Origin: an uncultured Arcobacter sp.
Lineage (GTDB): Bacteria; Campylobacterota; Campylobacteria; Campylobacterales; Arcobacteraceae
DNA: 64,000 nucleotides
NCBI GenBank assembly: GCA_964480765.1
Contig: CAYZST010000002.1
Span: 28,485 to 92,484, forward strand
Direction of reading: 5' to 3'
Part shown: positions 1 to 8,247 of the stretch, one piece after another
How the letters are laid out: the number at the start of each line of letters is the position of its first letter
How positions within the stretch are numbered: position 1 is the first letter of the stretch
Translations under genes and position numbers: made by a program
The notes under the pieces: model-generated
The model's input: only the letters and a program-made list of their open reading frames with translations
Database searches by the model: none
Told to the model about the DNA's origin: nothing

Positions 1-99
1 AAAGAGAGGTCATTGTATTGTTGTGCTGATTGTAAACCAAAAATTATGATGCAAAACTATTATGAACAAAAAATGAAAGGAGTGTCAAATGCAAGATAA
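1..99 (+). CDS. 3' end of an upstream CDS entering from the left edge (…SLYCCADCKPKIMMQNYYEQKMKGVSNAR*); function unknown
   Basis: Frame 1 is open from base 1 to TAA at 97-99 and overlaps the next ATG (89) by 11 nt. Only about 32 codons are visible. Contains a Cys-rich CCxxC motif. Confidence 0.3.
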   Translation, partial: KERSLYCCADCKPKIMMQNYYEQKMKGVSNAR

Positions 100-868
100 T
101 CAAGCTATGAACAAAGCAAGAGCTCTTTATTACAATCTTTTTGCTAACTTTTTTGTAACTTCAAAAGATACTGCAAACTATTTTGAGTTACTTAGATTGA
201 TAAATATTTTAAAAGAAAATCCTCTCAATCCAAGCTCAGGTCAAGCTTTAGAAAATATTTTAAATATGCTAGATCCAACTTCAAATGTAGTTTTATTACA
301 AGAGTTTGATGATTTGTTTCACAACCCAATTACAAAAAAAGTAAGATTAACGGCTTCTTTTTATGATGAAGGTTTGGAGTCTGGTAAAAAAAGACTTGAA
401 ATGATTAATTTTCTTGCAAAAACAAAACTAAGAAGAGATGAAAAAAACTATTATGAATATGAAGATTCAGTAGGATTTATTTTTTCATTAATGGCAGAAC
501 TAACAGATTTAATATCTCAAGGTGAAGTTGAATATGAAAATACTGTTCACTGTATTTTTGAACAAATTTTAAATAGTTTTATTGATGAAGTTGCAAGGGA
601 ACTTTATGAGCATGATAATGCGGTGATTTTTAAAGAGTTAATGATTGTTCTTCACTCATTTATAGAGTTTGAAAGACTATTTTTAGAGGTTTCTAAACCT
701 GAATTAAAACCAAAAAATGAAATTACAACGGCTTCATGTGGTATTGAAGAAGAGATTTCTGAAGAAGAGAGAGAAAGAAGAGCTAGAAATAAAGCTTTAA
801 AAGCTTTAGGACCTAAAAAAGATGAAACTCCAAAAGATACTCATTTTGATGTTGAGGAGGATTTTTAA
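89..868 (+). CDS. TorD-family redox-enzyme maturation chaperone, probably formate-dehydrogenase specific (FdhM-like)
   Basis: 259 aa. N-terminal 'ARALYYNLFANFF' resembles the TorD/DmsD-family pattern. Lies directly upstream of a Tat-exported molybdo/tungsto-enzyme operon. Has an acidic/basic C-terminal tail. Confidence 0.6.
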   Translation: MQDNQAMNKARALYYNLFANFFVTSKDTANYFELLRLINILKENPLNPSSGQALENILNMLDPTSNVVLLQEFDDLFHNPITKKVRLTASFYDEGLESGKKRLEMINFLAKTKLRRDEKNYYEYEDSVGFIFSLMAELTDLISQGEVEYENTVHCIFEQILNSFIDEVARELYEHDNAVIFKELMIVLHSFIEFERLFLEVSKPELKPKNEITTASCGIEEEISEEERERRARNKALKALGPKKDETPKDTHFDVEEDF

Positions 869-971
869 AAGAGGATTTCCTTTTTTTAGGGATTTTATAA
901 AAGAAGTTTTAGCTTCTTTTATAAAGTCTCTTAGATTAAGGGGCTTATTTTTCTATAAGAGGAGGTCAGTC

Positions 972-1184
972 ATGGAGCAAAGCAGAAGAGATTTCGCTAA
1001 GAAAACTGCAATTGTTACAGCTGGTGCTGCAGTTGTTGCAGGAACTAGTGTGTTGGCTGCTACTGGTAGTTCGTCATCAAGAAAGAGTGACTCAAATGGT
1101 GTTGTAAAAGGATCATCTAGAAAAAAAGAGATTCTATACAAAAAAAGTGCAGCTTGGGAAGAATTCTACAAGAGTGCAAAATAA
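972..1184 (+). CDS. Small twin-arginine-signal protein of formate dehydrogenase loci ('FDH region Tat target' type)
   Basis: Start refined to ATG 972, with GGAGG at 961-965 six nt upstream. The 70-aa product begins MEQSRRDFAKKTAIVTAGAAVVAG (SRRxF Tat motif plus hydrophobic region). The longer 822 start overlaps the previous gene and encodes non-protein-like sequence. Confidence 0.6.
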   Translation: MEQSRRDFAKKTAIVTAGAAVVAGTSVLAATGSSSSRKSDSNGVVKGSSRKKEILYKKSAAWEEFYKSAK

Positions 1185-1206
1185 TTAAAATAACTAGGAG
1201 AAGCGT

Positions 1207-4047
1207 ATGTCAGCAAATACATATGAAACTCTGAATGCAAAAGTAGGTAGAAGGTCATTTATGAAGATGGCTGCGGTTGCTACTGCATTTGGTGTGACAT
1301 CATCTTTTGCAAGTACTATGGCTACAAGAAAAGCTACTGAGGAAGAGATTAAAAATCCATTCCCTGGTTCAAAAATGATTAAATCTATTTGTACAGCTTG
1401 TTCAGTTGGTTGTGGTGTTGTGGCAGAAGTACAAAATGGTGTTTGGGTAAGACAAGAAGTAGCTCAAGATCATCCTGTATCACTTGGAGGGCATTGTTGT
1501 AAAGGTGCTGATATGATTGATATGGTTAGATCAGAAGTTAGAGTTAAACACCCAATGGTAAAAAGAGATGGTAAATGGCAAAGAATTTCTTGGGATGAAG
1601 CTTTAGATAATATTGCTAATAAGCTTGAGTCTTTAAGACAGAATGAAGGGCCAGATGCTGCAATGTTTTTAGGATCAGCAAAATTTAATACAGAGCAGGC
1701 ATATTATTTCAGAAAATTTGCTGCAATGTTTGGGACAAATAATATAGATCACCAAGCTAGAATTTGACATAGCTCAACAGTTGCCGGTGTGGCAAATACA
1801 TGGGGTTATGGTGCTATGACAAATTCTTTAGGAGATATTCAAAACTCTAAAGCAATTATTATTTTTGGAGCAAATCCAGCGGTTAATCACCCTGTTGGTT
1901 TCCAACATTTCTTAAAAGCAAAAGAGAGAAATAATGCAAAAATAATTGTTATTGACCCAAGATTTACAAAAACTGCTGCTAAAGCAGATTTATACGCACA
2001 AATTAGACCAGGTACAGATATTCCCTTTATGTATGGAATGTTAAATATTATCTTTGAAAATGGATGGGAAGATAAACATTTTATCAAAGATAGAGTATAT
2101 GGTATGGATGATATCAGAAAAGAGGCTAAAAACTGGCCAATTGAGAAAGTTGCTGATGTAACAGGAGTAAGTGCTCATTTAATTATGCAAATTACAAGGT
2201 TATATGCTTCTTCAAAACCTGGAACACTGGTTTGGGCAATGGGATTAACTCAACATAATAATGGTTCTTCTAATACAAGAATTGCTCCAATCGTTCAATT
2301 AGCTCTTGGAAATATGGGTACAGAAGGTGGTGGAACAAATATCTTAAGAGGACATGATAATGTTCAAGGTGCTACTGATATGTGTTGTTTATCTCATACT
2401 TTACCAGGATATTATGGTTTAAGTGATGGTTCATGGAAATATTTTGCAAAAATGTGGAATGTTGATTATGAATGGCTAAAAGGAAGATTTAAAGCTAAAG
2501 AGTGGATGAATAAAAAAGGTTTTACACTTGCTAGATGGTGGGCTGGAGTTTTAGGTAATGAAGCCGGGGGTAACAATGAAGATAAGATCTATAATGCAGG
2601 TACTAACTTAAAAGCTTTATTTGTAATGGCTAATGGTATTACTTCTATTGCACAACAAAAGAAAGTAAAAGAGGCATTAGATAAATTAGAGTTATCTGTA
2701 TTTGTTGATCCATTCGTAAATGAAGCTGCGATACTAACAGATAAGCAAGATGATGTTTATATTTTACCAGCTGCAACACAATTTGAAACTTCAGGTTCTG
2801 TTACTGCTACAAATAGATCTGCACAATGGAGAGATCAAATTATTGAGCCAATGTATGAGTCTAAAACAGATCATTGGATTATATTTGAGTTAGCAAAAAG
2901 ATTAGGATTCCATGAACAATTAACTGCTGGTATGTTAGTTAAAGAGAATAAAAAAGAGTTTAAATGGCCAGAAGATGCAACAGATGAAATTGCTAGAACA
3001 ATTAAAACTATTGGTTTAACTGGTTGGACAGCTGAAAGATTAAAAAAACACCAAAAGAACTGGCATATGTTCGATGAAGTAACTATGAGAGGTTATGGAG
3101 AGATGGTGGGTGAATATTATGGTTTACCATGGCCTTGTTGGACAGAGAGTCATTGTGGTTCGCCAATTTTATATAATATCAACAAAAAAGTATCTGATGG
3201 TGGTATGGGATTTAGAAATAGATTTGGTCTTGAGCATGAGGGTGTTTCTCAATTGGCAGGAAAAGGAAGTGCTCCTAAAGGTTCAGCAAATCCTGATGGT
3301 TATCCTGAAATTACAAAAGATAACATTGAAGAGGTTCTAGGTATTAAGTTAACTGAAGAAGAAAAAGAGAAGATTGGTAAAAACTGGAAAGTTGATACTT
3401 CAAATATTATTGCTGAAAAATGTATGGAAAGAGGAATTGCTCCTTATGGAAATGCAAGAGCAAGAGCAAAAGTATGGACATTTGCAGATCAAATTCCTTT
3501 ACATAGAGAGCCATTACACTCTCCAAGAACTGATTTAGTTAATCTTTATCCATCATTTGCAGATAAAAAAGATCATTATAGAGTTGATACTAGATATGTA
3601 TCTGAGCAAACTGCAAAAGATTGGGCAAAAGAGTTCCCAATTAACTTGGTGACAGGAAGGCTTGTAAATATGAATGGTGCAGGTATAGAAAATAGAGCAT
3701 CTAAGTATTTAGCTAAATTAACTCCTGAAATGTTCTGTGATATTAATCCAGATTTAGCAGGAAGACATGGAATTAGAGACGGTGCTATGATGTGGATCCA
3801 TTCACCACAGGGTACTAAAATTAAGGTCAAGGCAAATTATTGCCATGGTGTATCTGATGATAGAATCTTCTTACCTTTCCACTTTGCAGGAGTATTAGAA
3901 GGTGTTGATATATCTCATAAATACCCAGAAGGAACTAAACCATTTGCAATAGGTGAGAGTGCAAATACTATAACTAACTATGGTTATGATATTGTTACTC
4001 AAATCCCTGAAACAAAAGGTGGTTTATGTAGAATCGAGAGAGCATAA
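1207..4047 (+). CDS. fdhA: Formate dehydrogenase catalytic subunit, periplasmic (Tat signal), selenocysteine-containing, Mo/W-bis-PGD family. A single gene read through UGA at 1765-1767
   Basis: Track ORFs 1207-1767 and 1789-4047 are in the same frame (582 nt apart). The junction reads HQARI-U-HSSTVAGVANTWGYGAMTNS, the classic FDH Sec active-site context. The N-terminus has RRSFMK Tat motif and CTACSVGCG…C [4Fe-4S] motif. Combined length is about 946 aa. Confidence 0.93.
1765..1818 (+). other. In-frame UGA (Sec codon) followed by a SECIS-like hairpin
   Basis: TGA at 1765-1767. Apical hairpin TTGCC(1781-1785)/GGCAA(1791-1795) with loop GGTGT. A possible lower stem is CATAGC(1768-1773)/GCTATG(1813-1818). 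The hairpin starts 13 nt after the UGA. Confidence 0.75.
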
Positions 4048-4058
4048 GGAGAAGCAAT

Positions 4059-4679
4059 ATGAGTAGTAATAATGTAGATTTTGCAAGAATGAGATTTTAC
4101 TGCGATGAGAACAGATGTATTCATTGTGATGGTTGTTCTGTTGCTTGTGCTGAAGCTCATGAGTTACCAGTAGAAATTTCTAGAAGAAAAGTAATTACAG
4201 TAAATGAAGGTAAGCAAGGAGAAGAGTTCTCTCTTTCTGTAGCTTGTATGCATTGTACTGATGCCCCTTGTGAGCAAGTTTGTCCTGTTGATTGTTTCTA
4301 TATTAGAGAGGATGGAATTGTATTACATGATAAAGATAAGTGTATAGGATGCTCTTATTGCTTATATGCTTGTCCATTTGGAGCTCCGCAGTTCCCTAGA
4401 GATGGTGCATTTGGTACAAAAGGAGTAATGGATAAATGTACAATGTGTGCTGGTGGTCCTGATGAGACTAACTCTGAACACGAAAGACATTTATATGGAC
4501 AAAATAGAATTTCTGAAGGTAAAGTACCAGTTTGTGCTGCAATGTGCTCAACAAAAGCTTTACTTGTTGGTGATTCTGAATCTGTCTCTAATATTTTTAG
4601 AGAAAGAGTAATGTCTTATGGACATGGTGTTCAATCAGCTCCTAAACCTTATGGATGGGATAAAGCGTATGGAAACTAA
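4059..4679 (+). CDS. fdhB: Formate dehydrogenase iron-sulfur subunit (4x [4Fe-4S] ferredoxin-type)
   Basis: Motifs CIHCDGCSVAC, CMHCTDAPCEQVCP, CIGCSYCLYACPFGAP and CTMC…C. RBS AGGAGA lies upstream. Follows fdhA by 11 nt. Confidence 0.9.
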   Translation: MSSNNVDFARMRFYCDENRCIHCDGCSVACAEAHELPVEISRRKVITVNEGKQGEEFSLSVACMHCTDAPCEQVCPVDCFYIREDGIVLHDKDKCIGCSYCLYACPFGAPQFPRDGAFGTKGVMDKCTMCAGGPDETNSEHERHLYGQNRISEGKVPVCAAMCSTKALLVGDSESVSNIFRERVMSYGHGVQSAPKPYGWDKAYGN

Positions 4680-5625
4680 AAGTTTTCTTAATGAGTATAA
4701 AGCTTACTTTATAGTAGGCTTTTTATTCATACTTCTTACATATTGGTATTTTTGGTTAGCGACTATTGCAGATGTAAACTATATTTTTAAGTTTCTTATG
4801 CAAATTGCACAATTTAACTTTACTGGACAAGTTGTTCCTTTTGAGTCATTAACGAAATATGAGCAAATGGAGGTAACTCTATTTGGTCCTAATTATAATG
4901 CAATTGCACCTGAGGTGGTCAGAGCATTTGAAGAGAGACAACTTTTATTACCTATTGTATTTATAGTAGAGTTTTTTATCTTCTTAACAATGTTTATTAT
5001 TGCTAAAGGAAGGAAGCAGGCTAAAATTACTAGAGAGGATGATAAAATTCAAGTTTATTCACTTTTTCAAAGGGTGGTATTATTATTAAATGCTGTAATT
5101 ATGGTTTATCTATTTATTACAGGATTTTCTATTACATTCGGAAATTGGACAGGTGGAGGTGAGCTTGCAAGACTTATGAGAGCAACTCATGAAATTGTTG
5201 GACTTGGATGGATTCCAATTTGGTTCTTAGTTACTATTATTGCATTTAAGGACCATAAATATTTTATTAGACCTAGTGTGAAAATTTGGAATAAGATTTT
5301 CCTAAGAGGAAAGTATAAGCACATGGATAGAATTAACTATTACATGTATGTTATTTTTGGATCAAAACTAGTAATTAGTGGATTCATTATCTGGTATTTA
5401 TATCCAGATTATTTAACACATGCTGAAACAATTCAGTTTAAAAGATTAGTTCTATTCCTACATTTCATGGGAAGTGCAATTATTTCATTTTTTACATTCG
5501 AAACAATTTATTCTTATGTTGTTTCTGTAAAGGGATATATTCCTGGACTTATTACAGGAAAATTACCAGTAGAGTATTTAGAACAGTTAAGACCAGACGT
5601 TCTAGAAGAAGAGTTAAGAAAATAA
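4669..5625 (+). CDS. fdhC: Formate dehydrogenase membrane (cytochrome b-type) subunit
   Basis: Multi-pass hydrophobic protein directly after fdhB. I prefer ATG 4669 (METKSF…), which overlaps the fdhB stop by 11 nt, over the track start 4618. Conserved His residues sit in TM segments (RATHEIVG, LFLHFMG). Confidence 0.7.
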   Translation: METKSFLNEYKAYFIVGFLFILLTYWYFWLATIADVNYIFKFLMQIAQFNFTGQVVPFESLTKYEQMEVTLFGPNYNAIAPEVVRAFEERQLLLPIVFIVEFFIFLTMFIIAKGRKQAKITREDDKIQVYSLFQRVVLLLNAVIMVYLFITGFSITFGNWTGGGELARLMRATHEIVGLGWIPIWFLVTIIAFKDHKYFIRPSVKIWNKIFLRGKYKHMDRINYYMYVIFGSKLVISGFIIWYLYPDYLTHAETIQFKRLVLFLHFMGSAIISFFTFETIYSYVVSVKGYIPGLITGKLPVEYLEQLRPDVLEEELRK

Positions 5626-5679
5626 GATTAGCAATTAAGTTTCCTTTGAGGAGACTTGATGCTTTTCTTATTGTTTTAA

Positions 5680-5700
5680 AATATGCAAAATTAGCATATT
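5680..5700. promoter_or_regulatory. 7-7-7 inverted repeat AATATGC-N7-GCATATT upstream of fdhD (candidate operator)
   Basis: Perfect 7-bp arms at 5680-5686 and 5694-5700, 12 nt before the fdhD RBS, in the only sizeable gap inside the FDH block. Confidence 0.35.
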
Positions 5701-5711
5701 AAAGGAAAGGT

Positions 5712-6503
5712 ATGGACAACGCCAAATATTTAAAAACAGTAGTAATTGATAAACTTATAGAAAATGAAGCAACTGAAATCGAAGATGTGACTATTGATGA
5801 GTCACGATTAAATTTATATTTAAATGGGCAAAAAACTATATCAATGATGTGTATACCAAAAGATCAAGATGCACACGCAATCGGTTTTTTAATGAGTGAA
5901 AATGTAATTTCATCTATGGATGATGTTGAAGAGTTAAAAATAGATGAAGATGGATTAAGAGTTGATATTAAAGCAAGAATTAATGAAGATTCTCTTCAAA
6001 ATCTTTATAAAGAGAAAACATTAACAAGTGGATGTGGAGGAGGAGTTACAGGTACAGCTAATTCTGAACTTTTAATTCCTTTTAATCAGACTGCATTCCA
6101 AATAAAACCTCAAACTATTTCAGAAGAGGTTAAGATTTTTTATAAAGAGAGTGAACTTTATAATTTAACTGGATGTGTTCATAAAGCAATGATATATCTA
6201 CTTGATGGAACAACAGTAACAGCTGAGGATATAGGAAGACATAATGCAATTGATAAAGTAATAGGTAAATGTAAGTTACAAGGTTATGATACTACAAAAT
6301 CAGTTTTATTTGTATCAGGGAGATTAAGTTCTGAAATGGTTACAAAAGCAGTTATGCATAGAATCCCAATAATTGTTTCTAGAACTGCTCCCACTTATCT
6401 TGGAGTACAAACGGCACATAAACATGGAATCACATTAATAGGTTTTGCAAGAGGCAAGAAAATGAATGTTTATACGCATTCAGGAAGAATTTTTGGGATA
6501 TAA
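5712..6503 (+). CDS. fdhD: Formate dehydrogenase accessory sulfurtransferase FdhD
   Basis: 263 aa with SGCGGGVTG and GRHNAIDKVIG motifs typical of FdhD. RBS AAAGGAAAGG. Confidence 0.9.
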   Translation: MDNAKYLKTVVIDKLIENEATEIEDVTIDESRLNLYLNGQKTISMMCIPKDQDAHAIGFLMSENVISSMDDVEELKIDEDGLRVDIKARINEDSLQNLYKEKTLTSGCGGGVTGTANSELLIPFNQTAFQIKPQTISEEVKIFYKESELYNLTGCVHKAMIYLLDGTTVTAEDIGRHNAIDKVIGKCKLQGYDTTKSVLFVSGRLSSEMVTKAVMHRIPIIVSRTAPTYLGVQTAHKHGITLIGFARGKKMNVYTHSGRIFGI

Positions 6504-6504
6504 A

Positions 6505-6924
6505 ATGGGTAAGATTCAAAAGCTTATAAATTTAGATGAAACTCAAAAAGAGTTGATTTTATCAAATTTAGATAATGATGGAAGACTCTCTTGTTTAAAA
6601 GCTTTTAAAGTAGCAAGATTAATTGGTTTAAAACCAATTGATATGTCTGATGCTTGTAAAAGTATAGGAATAAAGATAAGTAATTGTGAGTTAGGTGTTT
6701 TTGGAAATATCAAATTTCAAAATGCTGAAACGGCAATTTATAGTAAAATCAAACAAAATTTTACACAGGATAAAGATGTTTCTTGTAAAACACTTTGGTA
6801 TATAGCTCAAGAAAGTAGCTTAAGAAGAGTTGGTAGTACAGTAAAATATAGTGATGCCGAAGTCACTCATTGCCAACTTGGATGTTTTAGAGAAAGGAGA
6901 GGACATCGTGAAATCAAAAATTAA
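6505..6924 (+). CDS. Hypothetical protein with two internal Cys-flanked repeats; function unknown
   Basis: Start refined to ATG 6505, 2 nt after the fdhD stop. The two halves are 'LSCLKAFKVARLIGLKPIDMSDACKSIGIKISNCELGVF' and 'VSCKTLWYIAQESSLRRVGSTVKYSDAEVTHCQLGCF'. Each has the pattern SC…helix-like segment…C-x-LG-x-F. Confidence 0.5.
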   Translation: MGKIQKLINLDETQKELILSNLDNDGRLSCLKAFKVARLIGLKPIDMSDACKSIGIKISNCELGVFGNIKFQNAETAIYSKIKQNFTQDKDVSCKTLWYIAQESSLRRVGSTVKYSDAEVTHCQLGCFRERRGHREIKN

Positions 6925-7282
6925 AATTTGGATAGAAGATAATGAACACAATCTTATATTTGGTGGAGGAAAAACGCAAATTCTTGAACTAATTGATGAG
7001 ACAGGTTCAATTTCAGAAGCATCTAAAAAAGCGGGGATGAATTATAAAAAAGCATGGTCTCATATTAAAATTTTACAAGAGTTTATTGATGATGAACTTG
7101 TAATTGTAAATAAGGGTAGAAATTCAGGTGGTACTACTCTTACTCCTAAGGCAAAAGAGTTGGTAAAAAAATTCAAAATGTTAAAAAAAGAGGTTAAAGA
7201 GTTTTCTGAAAATCGATTTAATGAACTTTTTTTAACTGATAGTAAGACTATTCAGTGTTCAAAAGAGAGTAGTAATGTATAA
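6908..7282 (+). CDS. ModE-like transcriptional regulator, N-terminal winged-HTH domain only (no Mop domain)
   Basis: GTG 6908 is preceded by AGGAGAGG. 'KIWIEDNEHNLIFGGGKTQILELIDETGSISEASKKAGMNYKKAWSHI' matches the ModE N-domain pattern. About 124 aa, too short for di-Mop domains. Overlaps the previous gene by 17 nt. Confidence 0.7.
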   Translation: MKSKIKIWIEDNEHNLIFGGGKTQILELIDETGSISEASKKAGMNYKKAWSHIKILQEFIDDELVIVNKGRNSGGTTLTPKAKELVKKFKMLKKEVKEFSENRFNELFLTDSKTIQCSKESSNV

Positions 7283-8246
7283 ACTTAATTTTATTCAATA
7301 TCCAAGCATAAATAGTATGCAATTAGATGAAACAATTTCATTTAATGCTTTAAAAGATAATACAAAGTTAGAAAGCTTTATAGATAGTTTTAAAACAAAA
7401 TATGCTTATAAATCATTAAATACTTTCTCTTTTACTCAAGATGGTTTTTTAAGTTTAATGATAAAACTTGGAGGGAAAATTCTTGTTTCTAAAGGTGAAA
7501 GTCAAGCTATTATTGATGCAGCTTTAAAATACAAAGATTTAGGTTTTGATATTGAATTTATTCCTTTAAAAAGAGATGGTCATTTGAACTATGAAGAGAT
7601 AAAGAAGTGTGATTATGCCTTTGTCTCTTCATATATTATAGATACATATGTGAAAGTTGATTTACAAAAGGTTAAGAGTTTGAGTAGTGCAAAAATTATT
7701 TCAAATGTAAGTGCAACTTTAGATGTAAATAGTTGTGATGTGGCAATATTTGATTCTTACAAACTCACTGGTTTTTCTTTCTCTTCAATAATTTTACATA
7801 ATAAGCTTTTTGAAGAGCAATATTTAGGAGCAATAGATACTGTATCACTTTATCAAATTGATAAAGCAATTAAAAACTTTAAAACAAATAACACTTATAA
7901 AGATAAGTTCAAGGAAGCCTTGCAAAGTGAATTGAAGAGTGATTTATACTATTTTGTTGATTCAAAAAATAGTCTTGATTATACCTTGCATTTTGGACTT
8001 AAAGGTATAAAAGCAAGGGAAATAATTAGATCACTTGCTTTAAGTAATATTTTCGTTACTAATGGTGAGGGGTGTTCTTTGGGCTTATCTAAGCCATCAA
8101 GAGTAATTCAAGAAATGGGATATGAAGAGAATGAGTCTAGATGGGCATTAAGTCTTAGTTTTTCTGAGGATTTAACTAATAAAGATATTTTTTATCTTGC
8201 AAAGACAATAGCAAAAAAATATAGACAAATTAAAAGGTTAAGTTAA
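7275..8246 (+). CDS. NifS/IscS-like (aminotransferase class V-like) protein, short and apparently divergent
   Basis: 323 aa. 'FDSYKLTGF' resembles the PLP-Lys motif (SxHK). 'GEGCSLGLSKPSRVIQEMGY' resembles the active-site Cys loop plus the following helix of cysteine desulfurases. Confidence 0.5.
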   Translation: MYKLNFIQYPSINSMQLDETISFNALKDNTKLESFIDSFKTKYAYKSLNTFSFTQDGFLSLMIKLGGKILVSKGESQAIIDAALKYKDLGFDIEFIPLKRDGHLNYEEIKKCDYAFVSSYIIDTYVKVDLQKVKSLSSAKIISNVSATLDVNSCDVAIFDSYKLTGFSFSSIILHNKLFEEQYLGAIDTVSLYQIDKAIKNFKTNNTYKDKFKEALQSELKSDLYYFVDSKNSLDYTLHFGLKGIKAREIIRSLALSNIFVTNGEGCSLGLSKPSRVIQEMGYEENESRWALSLSFSEDLTNKDIFYLAKTIAKKYRQIKRLS

Positions 8247-8247
8247 T

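Noticed and set aside
822-971. The long N-terminal extension of track ORF 822-1184, and similarly the upstream extensions of ORFs 4618, 6466, 6851, 12055, 22334, 22391(-) and 24074(-).
   Set aside because: The extensions overlap the preceding or divergent gene, encode low-complexity sequence and lack an RBS. Internal starts have good RBSs or stop/start coupling and give sensible N-termini (Tat signal, signal peptide, alignment with a paralogue).
1207-1767. Apparent truncated 186-aa ORF followed by a separate 752-aa ORF. This could be read as a frameshifted or pseudogenised formate dehydrogenase.
   Set aside because: Both ORFs are in the same frame. The 'stop' is a TGA in the canonical Sec active-site context with a downstream hairpin. 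I interpret it as selenocysteine recoding, not a pseudogene.
5626-5711. Possible Moco riboswitch upstream of fdhD/moeA genes.
   Set aside because: Only 86 nt are available, with no recognisable multi-stem architecture. That is too short for the Moco RNA motif of about 130 nt as I remember it. I kept only the simple palindrome as a candidate operator.
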